A stretch of DNA of 64,000 nucleotides, from NCBI GenBank assembly GCA_016937995.1, contig JAFGVM010000064.1, positions 27,636 through 91,635 of the forward strand. The letters are read 5' to 3'. Under the pieces are notes generated by a model, which was not told where the DNA came from, searched no databases, and saw only the letters and a program-made list of their open reading frames with translations. The position numbers and the translations under genes were made by a program. Shown here in pieces: positions 62,351 through 64,000 of the stretch. Source of the stretch: Candidatus Delongbacteria bacterium (lineage in GTDB: Bacteria > UBA4055). Numbering within the stretch: the first letter of the stretch is position 1; the number at the start of each line of letters is the position of its first letter.

Positions 62351-62434
62351 GGGGAAGTGGCCGAGTGGCTGATGGCGCACGCTTGGAAAGCGTGTTTCCG
62401 AAAGGAAACGTGGGTTCGAATCCCTCCTTCTCCG
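62351..62434 (+). tRNA. tRNA-Ser (anticodon GGA), type II with long variable arm
   Basis: Acceptor GGGGAAG/CTTCTCC (one G-U), anticodon stem CACGC/GCGTG with loop TTGGAAA, variable arm TTTCCGAAAGGAAAC and T-loop TTCGAAT. The T-stem has one U-U mismatch, which leaves some doubt. Confidence 0.7.
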
Positions 62435-62468
62435 CAGATATGCAGGAATAATAATACAAGAAGATCAT

Positions 62469-62542
62469 GTACCCATAGCTCAATTGGATAGAGTACCTGG
62501 CTACGAACCAGGCGGTTGGGGGTTCGACTCCCTCTGGGTATA
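62469..62542 (+). tRNA. tRNA-Arg (anticodon ACG)
   Basis: Acceptor GTACCCA/TGGGTAT, D-arm GCTC-AATTGGATA-GAGT, anticodon stem CCTGG/CCAGG with loop CTACGAA, 5-nt variable loop and T-arm GGGGG-TTCGACT-CCCTC. Confidence 0.8.
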
Positions 62543-62551
62543 CACAGGAGT

Positions 62552-62590
62552 AAAAAAAAGCGATCAACTGATCGCTTTTTTTTTTAATTA
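62552..62590. terminator. bidirectional intrinsic terminator (A8-AGCGATC-AACT-GATCGCT-T10)
   Basis: A perfect 7-bp stem flanked by poly-A and poly-T. It terminates the tRNA pair on the plus strand and the convergent membrane-protein gene on the minus strand. Confidence 0.7.
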
Positions 62591-63822
62591 TCTTCAAAGA
62601 GTGATGAGGGGTATAAGAAGAACGAAATTATAAGGCAGATCAACGCAATAGCTGACCCAAGAATAAAGATCACCATACTTCCGTTATCACCCATTTCAAA
62701 CCATAAAAAACCTGTTACAGCTGGAATAATTATAGCTGAAAAATTTGTGATCCGGTCAAACAGAACAAGATTTGTTCTCATTTCATGTGGCTGAGATATT
62801 CCTTGCATATACGTTTTTACAATTGATTCAAAAAGTTGAAGGATCACAAAAACCACAAATAATCCTATTAAAGTGAATTTCTCAGGCACAAATGCATAGC
62901 ATAATAAAATTATCAGTTCTCCTCCGAATTTTAGCTGCATAATAAAAGCTATACCTTTTGAATTTATGAAATCCGGAACTTTTATCTTAAAAAAGTAAAC
63001 TGATAATGACCTGACCAGAAATATTCCACCAATTATCCCGAGACTTACACTGAACTTGGATACCAGCTGATAGGTTCCGTATATGATGAATAAATAGTAT
63101 ATAGATGATGAGAAAAACGTCAAAATGTAGTATCTCAAAAATTTCATTTTAAAGAATATTTCGATGTTCTCTTTAAGGTTTTTAGAGGGATCAGCCTGTT
63201 GTGATCCTAAAACACCACCGATAATAAGTGGAAGTCCAATTATTATATAAATGATAGTATATTTGATCTCAGGATCATCAGAAAAATTTATGAATCCCAG
63301 AATAGTAATTATGAGATAACCTGCAATAGTGCCTACCAGACCATATCCGGCGATCTTTCCCATGTATACAGCCGTTTTTTCACTGGAAGTGCTATGCATA
63401 ATAAGATTGTCTTTAGCAGTATGAAAGTAATTAAATCCGATTGATAAGATGAATGTTATTACGATCATATGAAAAGTGAATTTACTAAAAACAAAATTAT
63501 TGTAAAGTGTGTCTCCAAGCATGTCGTAATTTGCAAACCCGGTCAATATTATACCAAATCCTGAAATGGCAACAAATACACCTAAGATCCTTGACTCAGA
63601 AATAAAGGAAAGTATTATCGCAAGTATGAAACCAAGTAATACCGGAATTTCCTTTACTGACCAAATTATACCAAGATCTAATGAATTGATATTTGCAACT
63701 TCAGAAGAAAAATTAATAAAGGAGGCAGTCCATCCAGCCAATCCAAAACTTATCAATAATGTCAAGAAGGCTGTTATTTTTACTTTTTTGTCTGTGTCCC
63801 TATCAAATGCTAAAATTTTCAT
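62584..63822 (-). CDS. polytopic membrane protein, MFS-like transporter (hypothetical)
   Basis: 412 aa with about 12 hydrophobic helices and no soluble domain, so the family is uncertain. Confidence 0.35.
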   Translation of the reverse strand: MKILAFDRDTDKKVKITAFLTLLISFGLAGWTASFINFSSEVANINSLDLGIIWSVKEIPVLLGFILAIILSFISESRILGVFVAISGFGIILTGFANYDMLGDTLYNNFVFSKFTFHMIVITFILSIGFNYFHTAKDNLIMHSTSSEKTAVYMGKIAGYGLVGTIAGYLIITILGFINFSDDPEIKYTIIYIIIGLPLIIGGVLGSQQADPSKNLKENIEIFFKMKFLRYYILTFFSSSIYYLFIIYGTYQLVSKFSVSLGIIGGIFLVRSLSVYFFKIKVPDFINSKGIAFIMQLKFGGELIILLCYAFVPEKFTLIGLFVVFVILQLFESIVKTYMQGISQPHEMRTNLVLFDRITNFSAIIIPAVTGFLWFEMGDNGSMVIFILGSAIALICLIISFFLYPSSLFEDN

Positions 63823-64000
63823 TACATTACCTGTCGTTAATTACATAGACCATATCATTTTATTACCCGAGTATAAAATAAGCATAAAAATAAGTATCTA
63901 GCAAGTGTTATTTTTTAAAGTTTTTATTTATCCGGGTGCTATTATTAATAGATCATTTTTTAAATTTTATGATCTTCTCATTATCCCTGTTCTTTTCAAA

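Noticed and set aside
62351-63822. Integrative mobile element at the tRNA-Ser/tRNA-Arg pair
   Set aside because: tRNA genes are common integration sites, but no integrase, excisionase or direct repeat of the tRNA 3' end is present downstream; the next gene is an ordinary membrane transporter after a bidirectional terminator.

Overview
This is a 64 kb chromosomal segment of a very AT-rich bacterium. GC is about 30% by eye, AGA is the preferred Arg codon, and TTG starts are frequent. The gene content is an Rnf complex, hybrid-cluster protein Hcp, numerous FGE/SUMF1-domain proteins, ferredoxins and a radical SAM enzyme, which points to a strict anaerobe from a poorly cultivated lineage. A Cloacimonadota-like or similar candidate phylum would fit, but phylum cannot be determined from sequence alone.

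Most of the window is ordinary core metabolism. I call a 5'-partial nadB, an MBOAT O-acyltransferase with two SGNH-like partner genes, a TrmB-type regulator, a BI-1/YccA protein, an M42 peptidase, a DEAD-box helicase, recN, hcp with two cupins and an Fe-S protein, a TetR regulator, coaD, rnfCDGEAB, a LigT-like 2H phosphoesterase, a DUF502 protein, an alkyltransferase-like (ATL) protein, a radical SAM enzyme, a CPA antiporter fused to a PTS EIIA domain, two tandem amt genes, trpB, cysS, a CE4 polysaccharide deacetylase and tRNA-Ser(GGA) plus tRNA-Arg(ACG). A roughly 14 kb Wzx/Wzy-dependent polysaccharide locus is also present, with six glycosyltransferases, Wzy, Wzz, an AsnB-like amidotransferase, a hexapeptide acetyltransferase and a sialate O-acetylesterase-like protein.

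The most interesting signals are these:
- Two paralogous proteins of about 1200-1300 aa, each with two class III nucleotide cyclase homology domains arranged like the mammalian C1/C2 pseudo-heterodimer, then a STAND P-loop NTPase and TPR repeats. Both are preceded by palindromic operator-like sites, one shared with a divergent TetR gene.
- A classic ribosome-mediated attenuator upstream of a stand-alone trpB, with a leader peptide ending in three consecutive Trp codons (FWWW) and tandem intrinsic terminators.
- A GC-rich, hairpin-dense intergenic element of about 52% GC in this 30% GC genome, flanked by 11-bp direct repeats.
- Several families of short dispersed hairpin and direct repeats in intergenic regions, including a CAACYCA heptamer array and CTGACTTCT direct repeats shared by two unrelated promoters.

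I found no CRISPR array, transposase, integrase or prophage genes.
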